A stretch of DNA of 61,324 bases, the filler included, from Globobulimina sp. (Eukaryota), in assembly GCA_003354225.1 (NCBI GenBank). It is 13 parts of 13 records of this genome, joined end to end, with 100 filler letters (N's around TTAATTAATTAA, not from the genome) between each part and the next. Parts side by side here need not be neighbours in the genome. Positions count along the whole stretch, not along the records: positions 56,709 to 61,324 come from PIVH01001059.1; 12 more parts are not named here. One strand, given 5' to 3'. Both the position numbers and the translations under genes were made by a program. The stretch's first letter is position 1. Every line of letters starts with the position of its first letter. Under the pieces are notes generated by a model. The model did no database searches and was not told the DNA's origin. It was given only the letters and a program-made list of their open reading frames with translations. Below, one piece after another: positions 59,297 to 61,324 of this stretch.

Positions 59297-61324
59297 ATGG
59301 ATGATTATGCCATAAAAAGTAAGTCGAATAAAAAAAAAAGCAAGAAACATCATCATCATTACCATCAATCAGCCAATGGTACAAAAAAAGAGGAGGCGAT
59401 CTCGCTACTTAAACCACCAATGTATGATTCAATACATACTGGGAACGGTGTTAAACCACATATAATTGTGACAAATAATGGCGAGTTGGATGTGATTGTA
59501 AAAGCAAAATCATTTAGTTTTAATCCTAAAACAAATTTATACATTTTAAAATTAGAAAACGTGCGCATTCTCTCCATCAATGGCAACAATGTAATACTCG
59601 AGATACCGCCCGATAAAATACACAAAGACTCACAAACGCAGTTGCTTCACGAAGAGGACATTGATGCCATATTAGATGAGATCCATCATACAGAGCACCA
59701 AAGCTCTGACCACCCGCATCATATTCAAAAGATTCAAATCAAAGCGCATCATTCCAGGGAGGAATCCAAACAGCAAATCCCTATTATAAATAACCACGAA
59801 CCTATCAACACAATGGATTCATTGCGCAGTATACCGCCCATACCATCGCCCTCTCCGTCGTATAATCACAACAACAAATATCGGTTCAACAACAGCAGCA
59901 ACAAAAAACTGCGAAAACACCAACTAATCAGCGAATGGAAACAAATTGAAAGTACGCATAAAAACACTGAATGCAAAGACGGTGAAAGTATGCGGCATTG
60001 CCAATCCATTGAACGCGTAAAGTTTATGCTCAAATATTACGCCAAATGGGTCCAAATACGCACTACCAAATCATCACAAGCAGTTTGTCAAAAATATGTT
60101 TTTGTGTTGGAAATCACTTTGTATTTTCTTTACGTTGTTTGTATACAAAATAATACAGCAAAATGAGATGATGAATCACATGAAATATTATGAAAATATA
60201 ACCTCCTTTTTCCTAGAATTAGGTTATAATGCGGTGTCATTGACAAATGATTTTGAGCATATTCGAGACTTTCATATCAATAATAATTCGTCCTTGCTGC
60301 TCGACGATGAGAACGATAACGATATGGACGATATGTTGGACTCAGTCTCGCAGCAAAATGGCAAAAGCGAGCGAAGAATGCGTATGCGGCGAGACAATGA
60401 CACCATGGAATTCTTTGGCATCGTATTAGGAAAATGCGATGCGAAAAACTGCAATATTTTGCTGCGGCATTGTCGCGATCGCGATAAAATTGACAATAAA
60501 CAAGAGTTAAAACGAAAGAAATTGTTCTTTATCGCCGATGATAAGTTTGGTGGAGACAATGTAGAATGGACTAAGAATGAAATCTATTTAGAAACAAAAT
60601 TAGATATCATACATTGTGCGTTGTTGCACCAACAAACCAATGTGATGCTGTTGAACAAAAATAAGTTCATCACTGACATCATAAAACAGCCCGTCGGGGA
60701 CCACGACCTCGCGAATGTGCAGACCAATGAGGAGGAACATATTAAGTTAAACAACCACGGCAATATAAACAAGAAAAAGATCATGGCCTTTGGCGAAAGC
60801 ATCACGTATTGGGACAACAAGCATCATTTATACATTTCGTGCAAATACAATAATCTACGCACTGAACTGCTAAATAACAAATTGTACCAAATCTCAAAGA
60901 CAATGTTTGAGCAAATTAAATATTTTATCATCTCGTTTTTAAACAGCAACAAAGGGCGCTTATTAGTGTCGCAACGCGAACACGATTGGATGAAATCGTA
61001 CAAAATCAAAGAGAATATCATCATCAGTGTCAATCATTTGATTGCGATCTATACATATACCAATATCACCGCTATGCGAGACATATTCATCTCGTATGGC
61101 TATAGGCATTATTATAACCACAACGAGTATGACATATCCATTCATAAAGAGATCTGTAATTGGAGCAGATTGCTATTAGAATGCGTGCATTCTTTCGGTA
61201 ACTCCTTCAATCAATACTGGCGGTATTACCATGGCATTAATTGTAAGCTATTATTTGATCGCTTTAATATTATGATCGATGTGCCGTGCTCCTTGACTTT
61301 GGACAAAGATTTTGCGTATACTTT
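59297..61324 (+). CDS. Large protein of the ART-like family; intron 60083-60158; runs off the window
   Basis: After a 76-nt intron the frame stays open: LTNDFEHI, C...C..L.RH.RDR, HLIAIYIYTN, NWSRLLLECVHSFG and YYHGI, matching the 30336 ORF (HLQSLSFYTD, WLSKLLIEAVNCFG, FFCGM). Confidence 0.75.

Overview
This window is not one locus. It is 13 separate contigs of about 4.6 kb, sorted by length (4633 to 4616 bp) and joined by artificial 100-nt spacers (N44-TTAATTAATTAA-N44). Most contigs are AT-rich, gene-dense eukaryotic DNA using the standard code, with short GT-AG introns (25-144 nt). The protein families suggest a protist, most likely a foraminiferan; this is inferred from recalled family resemblance, not from a search. 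Contig 12 is an intact CR1/L2-type LINE with a 2A-like peptide and may come from another organism. Recognisable genes include THOC2, an aprataxin-like protein, a TRP channel, DH-PH-FYVE, an AMPK/MARK-like kinase, MFS/AAAP/NIPA transporters and sulfatase. Most notable: (1) a plant-type PPR-DYW editing factor with intact deaminase motifs; (2) a contig that closes into a 4506-bp circle with an ORF across the junction; (3) a ~35-aa LxxGYxR/H...P...LC motif shared by three unrelated proteins, including a divergent eIF5A paralog; (4) an intron-containing, bacterial-type N-methylproline-demethylase-like flavoenzyme; (5) an 8-Cys secreted peptide; (6) an ADP-ribosyltransferase-like family; (7) 4- and 7-nt insertions whose removal restores conserved catalytic motifs; (8) a ~55-bp non-coding element shared by two contigs.
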